Made by a program: the position numbers and the translations under genes
Source of the DNA: Halorutilales archaeon Cl-col2-1
GTDB taxonomy: Archaea; Halobacteriota; Halobacteria; Halobacteriales; Afararchaeaceae
Length of the DNA stretch: 64,000 nucleotides
Direction of reading: 5' to 3'
Assembly (NCBI GenBank): GCA_041891055.1
Contig: CP169074.1
Location: forward strand, 672,001 to 736,000
In this document: positions 47,898 through 58,120 of the stretch, piece by piece
How positions within the stretch are numbered: the stretch's first letter is position 1
Layout: each line of letters starts with the position of its first letter
The notes under the pieces: model-generated
Databases searched by the model: none
What the model was told of the DNA's origin: nothing
The model's input: the letters and a program-made list of their open reading frames with translations, nothing else

Positions 47898-49074
47898 CTA
47901 CGGGGACCGATATGTTGTTAACCAGACGTATCGAAGCTCTAGCGATAGCAACAAAGACCAGTTTCAGAAGTGGCTGAATGATCCGGTTGATACCGGAATC
48001 CGAAACAGCGGTGGAATACGGGCGGTTGCGAATCCCGACACAAAAGAACGTGAATTCCTGGTTTTTGTGTCTGATTCAGGATCCACTCAAACGCAGAACC
48101 CTTGGGAAGATATCATCAACATGGAGGAGGGGATTGCACGGTACTGGGGCGATGCGAAGGCACGACACAGCCCCAACCCCGAAGATGCGAGGGGAAATGG
48201 GTGGGTCAAGGAAGATTACTGCCAAACGTATGCCCGAGGCAGCCGTTCAGAAGCACCTCCCGTCCTACTATTTGAGAAGCCGAAATCTGGCTATGTCACC
48301 TTCCGTGGAATATGCATCATCACGGGAATGAGTATTGAGCGGCACAAGGATGAGGGTGAAACAGTCGTCAATTATCTCTTTGAACTTGCCATCTTAGACG
48401 CCGACTCTATCGAATTAGAATGGGTTCACCGGAAAGCCCGAACTGGTGTTGATATCGGAGGTCCCGAAGCGTGGAGGAAGTGGGTTACTGATGGTCGAAT
48501 CCGCCACTACTCCGTATATAAGGATAATATTCGGCCCAAGAATCAGCAATATCCGAAGGGCAGAGAGGCGGATTTGCTTCAGGATATCCGCAACCAGTTA
48601 CAGAATCCGAACAAGGGCGAGAAACTCGAGTACCTCGTTAGGTATCTCATGGAGGATTTGAAGAACTTCAGTGACGTCGAACTAACGCCACCGAGTGGCG
48701 ACAAAGGAGTCGACCTGACTGGGCGAATTGACTTGTTTGCGGAAACACAACTCGGGAGCGTAGACACGAAGATGGACTTCAAGGCACAGGTCAAAAACAC
48801 GGCGAGTAGTATCTCTGGAAAGGAACTGAGCCGACTGGCATCACGTGTCGATGACGGTGAAATCGGTCTCTTCTTCACTACATCACATTATACGAGAAGC
48901 GCCCAAGAGGAGAACCTGTCCACCTATCCTGTACGGTTATTCTCTGGTGGCGACCTCACCGAGTTACTCGTTCAAACAGAGCTAACCGAGGACGACAAGC
49001 TAACCGACAATATTGTTCTGCAGTTGAGACTGGCTCTCTCAATGCATAGGCCGCAGGCACGGTTTGCTCACTGA
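47890..49074 (+). CDS. AspBHI-like restriction endonuclease (SRA-like N-domain plus Mrr catalytic domain); last 8 codons replaced by transposon sequence
   Basis: PWED...RYWGDAK, PPVLLFE; DKGVD...AQVKN. The native end EQIHDEVE* is found at 58318-58344. Confidence 0.75.
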   Translation: MPDYGDRYVVNQTYRSSSDSNKDQFQKWLNDPVDTGIRNSGGIRAVANPDTKEREFLVFVSDSGSTQTQNPWEDIINMEEGIARYWGDAKARHSPNPEDARGNGWVKEDYCQTYARGSRSEAPPVLLFEKPKSGYVTFRGICIITGMSIERHKDEGETVVNYLFELAILDADSIELEWVHRKARTGVDIGGPEAWRKWVTDGRIRHYSVYKDNIRPKNQQYPKGREADLLQDIRNQLQNPNKGEKLEYLVRYLMEDLKNFSDVELTPPSGDKGVDLTGRIDLFAETQLGSVDTKMDFKAQVKNTASSISGKELSRLASRVDDGEIGLFFTTSHYTRSAQEENLSTYPVRLFSGGDLTELLVQTELTEDDKLTDNIVLQLRLALSMHRPQARFAH

Positions 49075-49083
49075 CAACGGGTA

Positions 49084-52000
49084 CTATTTCGACCGCTTGA
49101 ACTCGAACCGTGCCCCGCCATTGCTTCCGTCTGTCACCGAAACCGTCCACCCGTGCGCCTTCGCGATATCGGCCACGATCGAGAGCCCAAAGCCAGTTCC
49201 TCCGTCACTGGACGTGACGCCATGGTTGAACACGTCGTCCTGCTTCTCTTGGGGAATCCCGCTACCGGTATCCTCAACGAAAAATCCGTTGGCCTCGTCT
49301 AGTCCACCCACGGTCACCGTGACATCAGCACCCCCGTGCTCGACTGCGTTCCGGAAGAGATTCTCGAAGAGCTGGGTCAACCGCCCTGCGTCGCCGGTAA
49401 CTTCCGGAACTCCATCTGCAACTGTAAGCGTTGCCTCCCCAGTGTCGACGTATCCCCACGCCTCCGTCGTGATGTCCTCAAGATCGATCTCTTCTGCATC
49501 CTCGATCGTCGTCTCCCCACGTGCCAGCGTCAGGAGGTCCTCAATGAGTCGTTCAATTCGGTCGTGTGCGGATTCTACTTTTTCGAAGTGCTCGGCGTTC
49601 CCGGTTTCCTCTGCGATTTCGAGGAATCCTATCGCGACGGAGAGCGGGTTCCGAAGGTCGTGGGCAACGACGCTCGCGAACTGGTCGAGTCGCTCGTTCT
49701 GTCGGTGTAGTTCCTCTTCCCTGCTCGCTCGTGCGAGTGCTGCCTCGACAGTCGCAGCAAGAATCCGGAACAGGTCGACGTCCGTCTCAGAAAAGACCTG
49801 CGTGGAAACTGACCCCGTCGACATGAGCCCATACTCACCCAGTGGGACGAGAATCTCGCTCCGTATCTCTGTGTTCGGATTGTGGGGTTGCCCCTCGGCC
49901 TGGACATCATTATATACCTGGGTTTCTCCGGACTCAAACGCGTCCCAAGCAAGGCTGTCTCCAGGAGTGAATCGGGGAGACTCGCCAAACAGGTCTCGTG
50001 CTGCGGACGTTTCCGTGATCGGGACGAGCGCGTTCTCTCGCTCGTTGTATTCCCAGATTCCGGTGACATCGAGGTCCAGTATCTCGGCCGCGGCATCGAC
50101 GGCGATCGCTCCGATCTCGTCGCTTGATTCAGCGCCGCTGAGCGATTGTGCGGTGTCCTGAAGCGAGCGGAGGCGAACTTCCAACCGTTTCTGTTCGGTT
50201 ATGTCCTCCAAGACGGCGAGGATGCTCGTAGTCTCTCCGTCGGGGCCTGTAACCGGCGCGACCGACAAGAGCAGGTCCAGTTCGTCTCCGTCTTTCGTCT
50301 CTCGCCGTATTTCCTTTGCTCGGATTCGCTCGCCGTTCAGGACGCGCTGCCGGTGTGAGGCAAACTCTTCCTGCTGCTCGTCCGGAACCATCGGATTGAA
50401 CTCGCCAAGCACTTCGTCCTGGGACCAGCCGAACATGGTTTCAGCCTCGTCGTTCCAGCGGATGACGGTCCCATCCGTGTCGATTTCCATAACTGTGAGT
50501 GGCGTGGCCTCGATGAGTGATTCCAGTCGCTGGTTCGTCGCCTCAAGTTCACGCTCCCGTTCGACCTGCTCGGTAACGTTTCGAGCGATACCCACGACTC
50601 GAACGGTCTCGCCATCGACGACGACCGGTGCGAGGCTGGTCTCCCAGAACCGAGCATCCTCTCCGATGTCGAGCTCTTCACGATACGAAATCGGTGCACG
50701 CTGCTCGACACAGCGAGTGTAGTTAGCCTCGAGTTCAGCACCCTGCTCGTCGCCGAACACCTCTCGGGGTGTCTTGCCGCGGACCTCCTCAGTTGTAAGT
50801 CCGGTCTGCGTCTCGTATCCGGGACTGAGTCTGGCGAACTTGAATGAAGGGTCCTCACCAGCGGTATCGACATCGAGCAAGAATATCGCGTCTCCGGATG
50901 TCTCAAGCAACGCCTCGTATTCCTCCGCGAGTTCTCGGTACTGGTGACGTTCCGCTTCTCGCTCCGTGATGTCCTGAAAAACACCCCGAAGTACTGCGTC
51001 GCCCCGGGGTGTGTCCTCAACGTACTCTCCCCACGCCCGAACGTGACGCACCTCGCCGTCGGTTCGCACGATTCGGAGGTCGAGGTCGTACGGTTCCCCG
51101 TCTTCGATTGCTCGGTCGACTGCTGCGGTAATCGTCTCTCTGTCGTCGGGGTGGTAGAACTCGATCGCGTCGTCGAGGGAGGGCTCGTAGTCCTCGTCGA
51201 CACCGTGAATCTGACGGACCCCGTCAGACCAAATGAGTTCGCCGCTCGATGGGATGAATTCCCAGATACCGACATCCGCGATGTCCTGAACGCGGTCGAA
51301 CAGGAACCCCTGGCGCTCGAGTTCGGTATGGTCACGACGACGCGAGAGTTCGGCACTCACCAGTTCCGCGACTAGCTCGACAAACGTTCGTTCGAGCGCT
51401 CCGAACGGCGCGACTCGCGTCGTCGGACTCGAGAAATTGACTGTTCCGTAACGCGTGCCATCGACGACGAGTGGCACGCCGATGTACGACTCTAACTCGA
51501 AGTCACGGTAGGCAGGATGCGTCTCTTTCCCGTCGCTAACGGCGTCGACGAACGAACAGACCGAATCCGTGCCGACGACTTCCGCACAGTACGTCGATTC
51601 GAGATTGAACTGATCGCCAGCTTCGATATCGGCTTCCGGTGCGTGAGCTGCTTCGACCGTGTAGTCGCTGTCCTGAATCCGCGAGACGATACCGATTTCG
51701 AGTCCGAGCGTCTGGCAACCGACTTCAAGGAGATTCTGGAGGCGCGACTCGGCCGAGACATCGCTTTCTGCCATGACCGCCTGGAGGTCCTGGAGTGCGT
51801 CCCGCTCTCGTTCCAATTGACGCTTTACCTCGCTTTGTTCGGTCACGTCTCGAGCGACAACGAGAACCTGCTTACTTTTGCGACTCTGGAACGGGGTTAC
51901 CCGGACGTCGAATGTCCGCTCGCTGGTCCCGGCCACGACGTCGAGTTGGAGGTCTGCATCGTACAACCCGGTGGACCCACCATCGCTCTCGATCTCGTCG

Positions 52001-52989
52001 AGCGTCGATTCGACTGCCTGGGAGAATCGCGTTATATCGGAATCGCTAACGCGGTCACCGACGACCGTTTCGAGCTGTTGTCCTGAGAGCTGGGCCGACT
52101 GATCTCCGGCGAGCAACCGCTTTGCAGCCGTATTCGCGAACTCGATATCACCTTGCTCGTCGAGGACGAACACGACGTCGTGGATGTTCTCCAGAATCGC
52201 GTCACTGCGCTCTAGCTTCAGTTCCCGTTCTCGCTCGGCAGTAATTTCGCGTGAAAAGACGGTCAGCCCGTCCTCGTCCGGGAACGCTCGCACTTCGACC
52301 CAGTAGCCGAACGGCTCTCCCAGCCGCTGTTCGAACGATACCGGTTCACCAGTCTCCATCGCCGTTCGATACTTGTCTTCGAGTTCCGTCCCGACGATCG
52401 ACGGGAACTCTTCCCAGATGGTTTCTCCGACAACCGCGTCCGGGTCACGTTCGACTCGCTCGGCCATCTTCTCGTTTATATACTCGATGCGCCAGTCGCT
52501 ATCGACGGCGTAAATCGCGTCAGTCGCGCGTTCGAGCGTTCGTCTGAAGCGCCGTTTCGTCTGCTCGGCCTCCGTGCGCTTGCGAGCAGCCCTCGTGAGT
52601 GTCCGGATGCGGGCCGCGAGCAGTGTGAAGTTATCACGCTCCGACCGGACTGGGATGTATTCCGAGACGCCGGCACGAGTCGCTTCGCTCGCGATCTCCT
52701 CACTCCCTTGTCCAGTAAAGAGGATTATCGGGATATCATCGTTCTGCTGGCGAATCGACTCCGTAAGCCCGATGCCGTTCGAATCGTCGAGCGAGTACGC
52801 CGTTACGATACAATCGATCCGGTCCGCAGCAAGATTGCGCAGTGCTTCGTCGATACCGTCGGCAGGTATATAGTCGATCTCGGTACTCGTTTGTTGGAGC
52901 TTGGTTTGAACCAACTCCGCGAACGCGGGATCGGAGTTCACGTAGAGGACGCGGATAGGATCGTCGAGTTCGTCAGTAGTACCGAGCAC
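49084..52989 (-). CDS. Multi-sensor histidine kinase (REC-PAS/GAF array-HisKA-HATPase)
   Basis: AHDLRNPL, ENLFRNA, DTGSG, GTGFGL; several PAS and two GAF segments. Confidence 0.92.
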   Translation of the reverse strand: MLGTTDELDDPIRVLYVNSDPAFAELVQTKLQQTSTEIDYIPADGIDEALRNLAADRIDCIVTAYSLDDSNGIGLTESIRQQNDDIPIILFTGQGSEEIASEATRAGVSEYIPVRSERDNFTLLAARIRTLTRAARKRTEAEQTKRRFRRTLERATDAIYAVDSDWRIEYINEKMAERVERDPDAVVGETIWEEFPSIVGTELEDKYRTAMETGEPVSFEQRLGEPFGYWVEVRAFPDEDGLTVFSREITAERERELKLERSDAILENIHDVVFVLDEQGDIEFANTAAKRLLAGDQSAQLSGQQLETVVGDRVSDSDITRFSQAVESTLDEIESDGGSTGLYDADLQLDVVAGTSERTFDVRVTPFQSRKSKQVLVVARDVTEQSEVKRQLERERDALQDLQAVMAESDVSAESRLQNLLEVGCQTLGLEIGIVSRIQDSDYTVEAAHAPEADIEAGDQFNLESTYCAEVVGTDSVCSFVDAVSDGKETHPAYRDFELESYIGVPLVVDGTRYGTVNFSSPTTRVAPFGALERTFVELVAELVSAELSRRRDHTELERQGFLFDRVQDIADVGIWEFIPSSGELIWSDGVRQIHGVDEDYEPSLDDAIEFYHPDDRETITAAVDRAIEDGEPYDLDLRIVRTDGEVRHVRAWGEYVEDTPRGDAVLRGVFQDITEREAERHQYRELAEEYEALLETSGDAIFLLDVDTAGEDPSFKFARLSPGYETQTGLTTEEVRGKTPREVFGDEQGAELEANYTRCVEQRAPISYREELDIGEDARFWETSLAPVVVDGETVRVVGIARNVTEQVERERELEATNQRLESLIEATPLTVMEIDTDGTVIRWNDEAETMFGWSQDEVLGEFNPMVPDEQQEEFASHRQRVLNGERIRAKEIRRETKDGDELDLLLSVAPVTGPDGETTSILAVLEDITEQKRLEVRLRSLQDTAQSLSGAESSDEIGAIAVDAAAEILDLDVTGIWEYNERENALVPITETSAARDLFGESPRFTPGDSLAWDAFESGETQVYNDVQAEGQPHNPNTEIRSEILVPLGEYGLMSTGSVSTQVFSETDVDLFRILAATVEAALARASREEELHRQNERLDQFASVVAHDLRNPLSVAIGFLEIAEETGNAEHFEKVESAHDRIERLIEDLLTLARGETTIEDAEEIDLEDITTEAWGYVDTGEATLTVADGVPEVTGDAGRLTQLFENLFRNAVEHGGADVTVTVGGLDEANGFFVEDTGSGIPQEKQDDVFNHGVTSSDGGTGFGLSIVADIAKAHGWTVSVTDGSNGGARFEFKRSK

Positions 52990-53138
52990 AGTTACAGAGA
53001 TTTAACTCCCTAACTGGTTAAACATTTCCTGCGAGACACTCCGGGGAGCTATCAAGCTCTCTAATGACCAGACAAGTGCAATTCTCGGGGGTCGGTATGT
53101 CGGTCAATTTAAGGAAAAGGGACGGATATTCCACTAGT

Positions 53139-53510
53139 ATGCCTGCGGAAATTCTGGCTGCTGACGACGACGAAGATATCAGAGAAATGATCGATGTTAG
53201 TCTCAGTGGGGATTTTGACGTCGAGACTGTAAAAGATGGCCGAGAGGCATGGGAGTACTTAGAACAGTCCCCGGGTTCACTACCGAAAGCGGTCATTCTC
53301 GACGTCATGATGCCAGAGATGGACGGGTTTTCGGTTCTGGATCGCATCCGGGAGAACGACGAGATGCAGGATATTCAGGTTATTATACTGACATCTCGGA
53401 GTCGGGAGGAGGACATCGTTCGAGCGCTCGAGGCAGGCGCGGACGATTTCCTGGCGAAGCCCTTCAATAAATCCGAACTGTACGGACGTGTACAGCAAAC
53501 TCTCGAGTAA
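53139..53510 (+). CDS. Stand-alone response regulator receiver
   Basis: ADDD, LDVMMPEMDG, LTS, KPF. Confidence 0.92.
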   Translation: MPAEILAADDDEDIREMIDVSLSGDFDVETVKDGREAWEYLEQSPGSLPKAVILDVMMPEMDGFSVLDRIRENDEMQDIQVIILTSRSREEDIVRALEAGADDFLAKPFNKSELYGRVQQTLE

Positions 53511-53563
53511 GCGACCGTACAGAATTGAAACAGTAAAGGTGCATTAGCTGGTAGATAGTCACA

Positions 53564-54730
53564 ATGTGGGTGGCCACACTAGTCGCCGTGATCGGTCTCT
53601 TGAGCGTCGGGGCCATCACTCAGTTCACCGGGTATCGTATGGGAGGGTCAATCACCATTCCCGTTCTTGCCGTGTACTCTTTGAAGAACTTCGTCATGCT
53701 CCCCGTTTTTGTGTTGAGCGCGGCAGCCGCGTACGTCGGCCTGTGGATCCTCCGTCGTCGAACATTGATATTTGGTCGTGACGAGCTCATCGCAGCGATG
53801 GTCATCGGCACAACCGTTCCAGTAGTCACGCTCTTTTTCATCCTGCAATTAGGACTTGAGGTGGGAGTGGTTGCGTTTCTGGGAAGTATTCTCCCTGGAC
53901 TCGCAGCGTACAATTACCATCGAATCAAGCCGGAGTATCGCCGAAACGACCTCTTGGCGAGTATCGGGTTGTTCGTTACCCTCACTGCGCTCGGTTGGGT
54001 ACTGGTTTCCAATGGATATGCGCGTGAATTTGGTGCGCTGACGCCCCCAGTCCTCTTCTCTTCGACTGCAGACGTCGCTAGTTTCAAAGGTGTTGCAGTG
54101 TCACTCGATCCCGAATCTGTCATACTCCCTCGAGAAATCGTGGCCGGACTGTTCGCTGGTGGGCTCGTTCTCTCTGAACGGCTCCGGGATCGGTTCGGTG
54201 TTCGTGTCGGGATCGTCGGTGCGGTCCTCCTCGCGATTTATGCGCTAGCGAGCTATTGGCTCGTGATTCTGTACGTCATTTTGCTTGCGCTATCGTTCGG
54301 CTTCATCCAGTTGTCGAACTACCTCACACTCCGGTACGGACGAGTCCTTCTCGGAGTGACTGTCGCAGTCGCGATCTTCGCTACAGTATCGCTGACGTTT
54401 GTCTTACCGATTGAGCGAGGACTGTCGGCGTTCTTTACTGCGATTTTGGCAGGTGTCGGGGCGTACAACGCGCATGCGTCAGCACCATTCGAGCGCCGCC
54501 TCGTCGTCCCGCTTCAGATCGTGGTCTTTGTCCCCGCTTTGATCGTCGCTCGACTGTTCAGTGCTCTCCAACCTCGTGGGTTTCCACAAGAGCTGACGTT
54601 GCCTGTCCTGGGGATTGCAGCGGTTCTCTGGGTGGCTGCCCTGGGTGTCGCGTACTGGTATACTGTGTCACCCCCGGGTGAAGATGAGGTTCTCTCTGCG
54701 TCGGTTCTCTCTGAAGGGGGTGAAACATGA
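53564..54730 (+). CDS. capC: Poly-gamma-glutamate biosynthesis membrane protein CapC/PgsC (tandem domain)
   Basis: TGYRMGGSITIP, LIFGR, GSILPGLAAY; second repeat FGVRVG...LRYGR; coupled to capB (ATGA). Confidence 0.75.
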   Translation: MWVATLVAVIGLLSVGAITQFTGYRMGGSITIPVLAVYSLKNFVMLPVFVLSAAAAYVGLWILRRRTLIFGRDELIAAMVIGTTVPVVTLFFILQLGLEVGVVAFLGSILPGLAAYNYHRIKPEYRRNDLLASIGLFVTLTALGWVLVSNGYAREFGALTPPVLFSSTADVASFKGVAVSLDPESVILPREIVAGLFAGGLVLSERLRDRFGVRVGIVGAVLLAIYALASYWLVILYVILLALSFGFIQLSNYLTLRYGRVLLGVTVAVAIFATVSLTFVLPIERGLSAFFTAILAGVGAYNAHASAPFERRLVVPLQIVVFVPALIVARLFSALQPRGFPQELTLPVLGIAAVLWVAALGVAYWYTVSPPGEDEVLSASVLSEGGET

Positions 54731-56367
54731 GTCGGACTGCCTTCGAGATCTACGGCCGTGGGTTCGGCTGGTCGTGGCGTCTTAGGGGCCCAGCGGAGGT
54801 ACTAGCAACCGGCAGCCGCCACTACGACACATCCCGAGCAGCACGCGAAGCAATTGATCTCGTTCGCGCCGCTGTTACAGAACTATCGGGGAACGAAGAG
54901 TCCTTCCCAGACACCGACGTCGACGCCCCCGACATCATCGTCGAACGAGAGGCCACACCGTCGGGAGAACTCCCGGAAGAACGAAACAACTGGGTCTGGC
55001 GGCTCCAAACTGCAAACGGGGTACTGGGACATAGTGCCGATCGCTTCCCGACGGAAGTGGCAGCACAGTCCGCGGCGGACCAGTTCCTCGACTATGCGGC
55101 GGGGGCGCTGCCGATGTTCTTGGTTGGGGCGGAGTACGAGTGGAAGACCGGCCCGAAGCCAATCGAAGTCGGCTCGTCGAGTTTGACAGGACTGGTCAGT
55201 GAAATAACGAGAGGTATTCGACATCGTAAGGTCCTCGATCAGATCGATACCCAGATTGTCGTCTCGGGGACTCGCGGTAAATCCTCAACCACCCAACGGC
55301 TCGACGACGTCTTCAACCGCCGAGGGTACGACACGCTCACGAAGATCACCGGCAACCATCCACTACTGATCCACAACGGCGAGGTCCATCCTATCGAACG
55401 ACGGGGGCCTCGAACGACGCTCTACGAGAATATCAGTCTCATCGCTGAGTTCGTCCCCGAACTCGATGCGTACGAGCCGGACGACGTCGCTATCTTCGAG
55501 AATCAGGGTATCACAGAATACACGACCCGGCTGTTCAACCAGCGTCTGACCGATCCGGACATCATCGTGTTAACAAACGTCCGTCAGGACCACACAGATA
55601 CCCTTGGAAAGACCAGGACAGACCTTGCACGTTCGTTTGCGCGGTCGGTCCCAGCGGGAACACACGTTGTGAGCGGCGAGCAACACCCGGTGTTGCACGA
55701 ATATATGCAAAAAGAGATCGAACGCCGCGGAGGGACTATCGAGCAGGTTGATATTCCCGACGAACACGAAGGGCTAATCGGTTCTGAAACGATCCACGCA
55801 GTCAATGTGGTGTTAGATGTTGTTGGCGAACCGCCACTTCCAGCCGAGGAGATCGAATCGTTCCTCAGTGCGATCCAACCAACGTGGATAGAACTTGAAG
55901 ACGGACTCATCTTCAACGCTGCCGAGGTGAACGACGTCGAAAGTACTGAGATGGTTCGACGGGTGCTCGTCGATGACGAATGTATCACCCCGTTCGTGTA
56001 CCTCCGAAGAGACCGGCGGGGGCGTACAGCGTCATTTGCTCAATATATCGAGTTGCTATTCGAGCGAGAGTTAATCGATGAAGCTCACATCGGTGGGGCT
56101 AACACACGCGCATTCGCCGAAAACGTCGATGTTCCAACCAAGTGCCACAGTCAAAATGCGGACCCAGAGCAGGTTCTAACTGAACTGTTCACCGATGGCC
56201 GACCGGTCATCCTCATGGGTAACACGGTGGACGAGTTTATGCGTGAGATGCAGGCGTCGATTGAACAACGAGTGAAAGAGAAAAGACAGGCTGCCTCGGC
56301 AAGCGAAGCTGTTGACATTTCTGAACAGGGGAGCGCGGAAGCGACTAAACCAAAAGATCACGAATAA
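54727..56367 (+). CDS. capB: Poly-gamma-glutamate synthase CapB/PgsB-like Mur ligase with N-terminal DUF1508-like repeats
   Basis: VSGTRGKSSTT, KITG, TNVRQDH, NDVEST, RRDR..R, MGN. Confidence 0.8.
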   Translation: MSRTAFEIYGRGFGWSWRLRGPAEVLATGSRHYDTSRAAREAIDLVRAAVTELSGNEESFPDTDVDAPDIIVEREATPSGELPEERNNWVWRLQTANGVLGHSADRFPTEVAAQSAADQFLDYAAGALPMFLVGAEYEWKTGPKPIEVGSSSLTGLVSEITRGIRHRKVLDQIDTQIVVSGTRGKSSTTQRLDDVFNRRGYDTLTKITGNHPLLIHNGEVHPIERRGPRTTLYENISLIAEFVPELDAYEPDDVAIFENQGITEYTTRLFNQRLTDPDIIVLTNVRQDHTDTLGKTRTDLARSFARSVPAGTHVVSGEQHPVLHEYMQKEIERRGGTIEQVDIPDEHEGLIGSETIHAVNVVLDVVGEPPLPAEEIESFLSAIQPTWIELEDGLIFNAAEVNDVESTEMVRRVLVDDECITPFVYLRRDRRGRTASFAQYIELLFERELIDEAHIGGANTRAFAENVDVPTKCHSQNADPEQVLTELFTDGRPVILMGNTVDEFMREMQASIEQRVKEKRQAASASEAVDISEQGSAEATKPKDHE

Positions 56368-56446
56368 AACGTCAGCTTCTGTAAGAAGCGGGCCTTTTCG
56401 TTAGATGTAGACGTGTTCTTGAGGGGGCCAGAACGATTGTCCGGTA

Positions 56447-58120
56447 GTGGCCATTACTACTGAATCTCGGAGAACCGTCTTTCGACAAATTGCACGACTG
56501 TCGTACGTTGAGTGGCCAGCGTACGATTCGACACCGTTGTACGACCGCACCTCACTTACCGGATTAGAGTCGGATGTCCGGATCGTCTCAGGAGCTTGGT
56601 TCACGCACCATGAGCACATCTCTGTTGAGCAGTTCGTCTCCGAACTTCCGCTGGCCTACTTCCAATTCGAGGCCCACGACTGCTACGAGGATCCGACACA
56701 CTACGAGATGGACACCCTGTTTCGCGTGTTCGTTCTGAAAGAACTTCACGGATGGGAGCACGAAACAGCACTCTACGAGTACCTCGAAAGTCATCCGGAA
56801 CTTTGCGAGCGGCTTGGGCTGGAGACAGTGCCTGACCAATCGACACTCTGGCGCAGTTGGCACACACGCTTCACTGATGAGTTTCGCGAGACGATCCAGA
56901 AAGCGGCTCGAACGATCCTCATCAAAGCGCAGAACGCCGACGTCACCGTCCCCCGCGAACCGGAGCAGATTCTCCCAGCTCGTGATGACGTGGACGAATC
57001 GGTTCCAGACGATCGAGCCATTCTGGACAACGCCGATAGAGTCACCAAGCACGTCAGCCGTGTCGTCTTTCCCGCGTTCTCTCTGGATCGTGGCGACAGC
57101 TGTGAGATCCACGAGAACGCCTACTGGGACTTACAAACGTACCTCGGACTTCGCGAGCGGCTGGCTGCAAACGAAGGTGCTCGTAGTTTCCTCTACGAGT
57201 CGACTCGGGATCGGACACCGCTGGGGCACGCCCATCGCGAGCAGATTCGGGACCTCTCGATTGAACAGATTCGAGCGATGTACCGGCAGGCCATCACTCG
57301 GCTCCTGAACGAAGTTGCGGAGACAGAGCAGTTCTTTCGAGCCGGAGTTGTCGCAATCGATATTACCGAAGCTGACCCGTTCACCGGCGATAGAACGGGC
57401 TACGAAGACGAGATCATCGGGACGAAAGAGAAGACTGACGAGTACGCCTATCAGTGGGCGACGGTCCAGTTAGTCGGCAATGCCGTTCCGCTCGTGCTTG
57501 ACGCACGACCGGTTCGACGAGGAGAGTCACGCAAGGAAATCGTCGAGGACTTGCTGGATTCGGCTGAGGACCTCGTTCACGTCGATAACGTGCTGATGGA
57601 CCGGGAGTTCGATAGCCAGCACGTTCTGGAGATGATCAGCCAGTGCGGGCTCTCATACGTCGTCCCGAAACGGATGCAGACCAGCGAGAAAGCCCAGGCC
57701 AAGCGATTGCTCCAGCGCGATCAAGACCGGTATGAAACCGACCGGAAGCTCCACCTTGGCAAGAACGAGTGGCACGAGAAGACGCTAATCTACCGCCGGA
57801 AAGAGGAATCCGAGCACGACGATCACCGGCAGTATTCGGTGTTCATGACGAATCGGGGGAGCGGACACCTTACGGAGTACGGCTACCGGTGGGAAATCGA
57901 GAGCGGCTACAGATCGATCAAACGGTTCATGGCTGCCACCACGTCGAAGGATTTCGGGCTGCGATTCTTCTACTTCGCGTTCGCGTGTCTGCTGTACTCG
58001 ATCTGGCGGGCTGTCGATCTGCTCGTGCAGGTTGAGTTGACTGGTGAGTACGAGCACTCGCCGATGGTGACGGCAGATAACACACTGACACTGCTGAAGA
58101 AGGAGACTGGAATCGGATAG
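56447..58120 (+). CDS. DDE transposase (IS4 superfamily, ISH3-like)
   Basis: VPDQSTLWR, AIDIT, MDREF, YGYRWEIESGYR. Confidence 0.85.
   Translation: MAITTESRRTVFRQIARLSYVEWPAYDSTPLYDRTSLTGLESDVRIVSGAWFTHHEHISVEQFVSELPLAYFQFEAHDCYEDPTHYEMDTLFRVFVLKELHGWEHETALYEYLESHPELCERLGLETVPDQSTLWRSWHTRFTDEFRETIQKAARTILIKAQNADVTVPREPEQILPARDDVDESVPDDRAILDNADRVTKHVSRVVFPAFSLDRGDSCEIHENAYWDLQTYLGLRERLAANEGARSFLYESTRDRTPLGHAHREQIRDLSIEQIRAMYRQAITRLLNEVAETEQFFRAGVVAIDITEADPFTGDRTGYEDEIIGTKEKTDEYAYQWATVQLVGNAVPLVLDARPVRRGESRKEIVEDLLDSAEDLVHVDNVLMDREFDSQHVLEMISQCGLSYVVPKRMQTSEKAQAKRLLQRDQDRYETDRKLHLGKNEWHEKTLIYRRKEESEHDDHRQYSVFMTNRGSGHLTEYGYRWEIESGYRSIKRFMAATTSKDFGLRFFYFAFACLLYSIWRAVDLLVQVELTGEYEHSPMVTADNTLTLLKKETGIG

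Noticed and set aside
49064-50161. 365-aa plus-strand ORF and many similar long ORFs (e.g. 19445-20554, 19935-20849, 35029-35946, 9242-10093)
   Set aside because: Antisense or alternate-frame shadows of clear genes in GC-rich DNA; Ser/Arg-rich with no motifs.
49071-56375. Integron attC/attI interpretation of the AAC-containing cargo junctions
   Set aside because: No IntI-type integrase and no attC-like repeats between cargo genes; only a 4-bp match.
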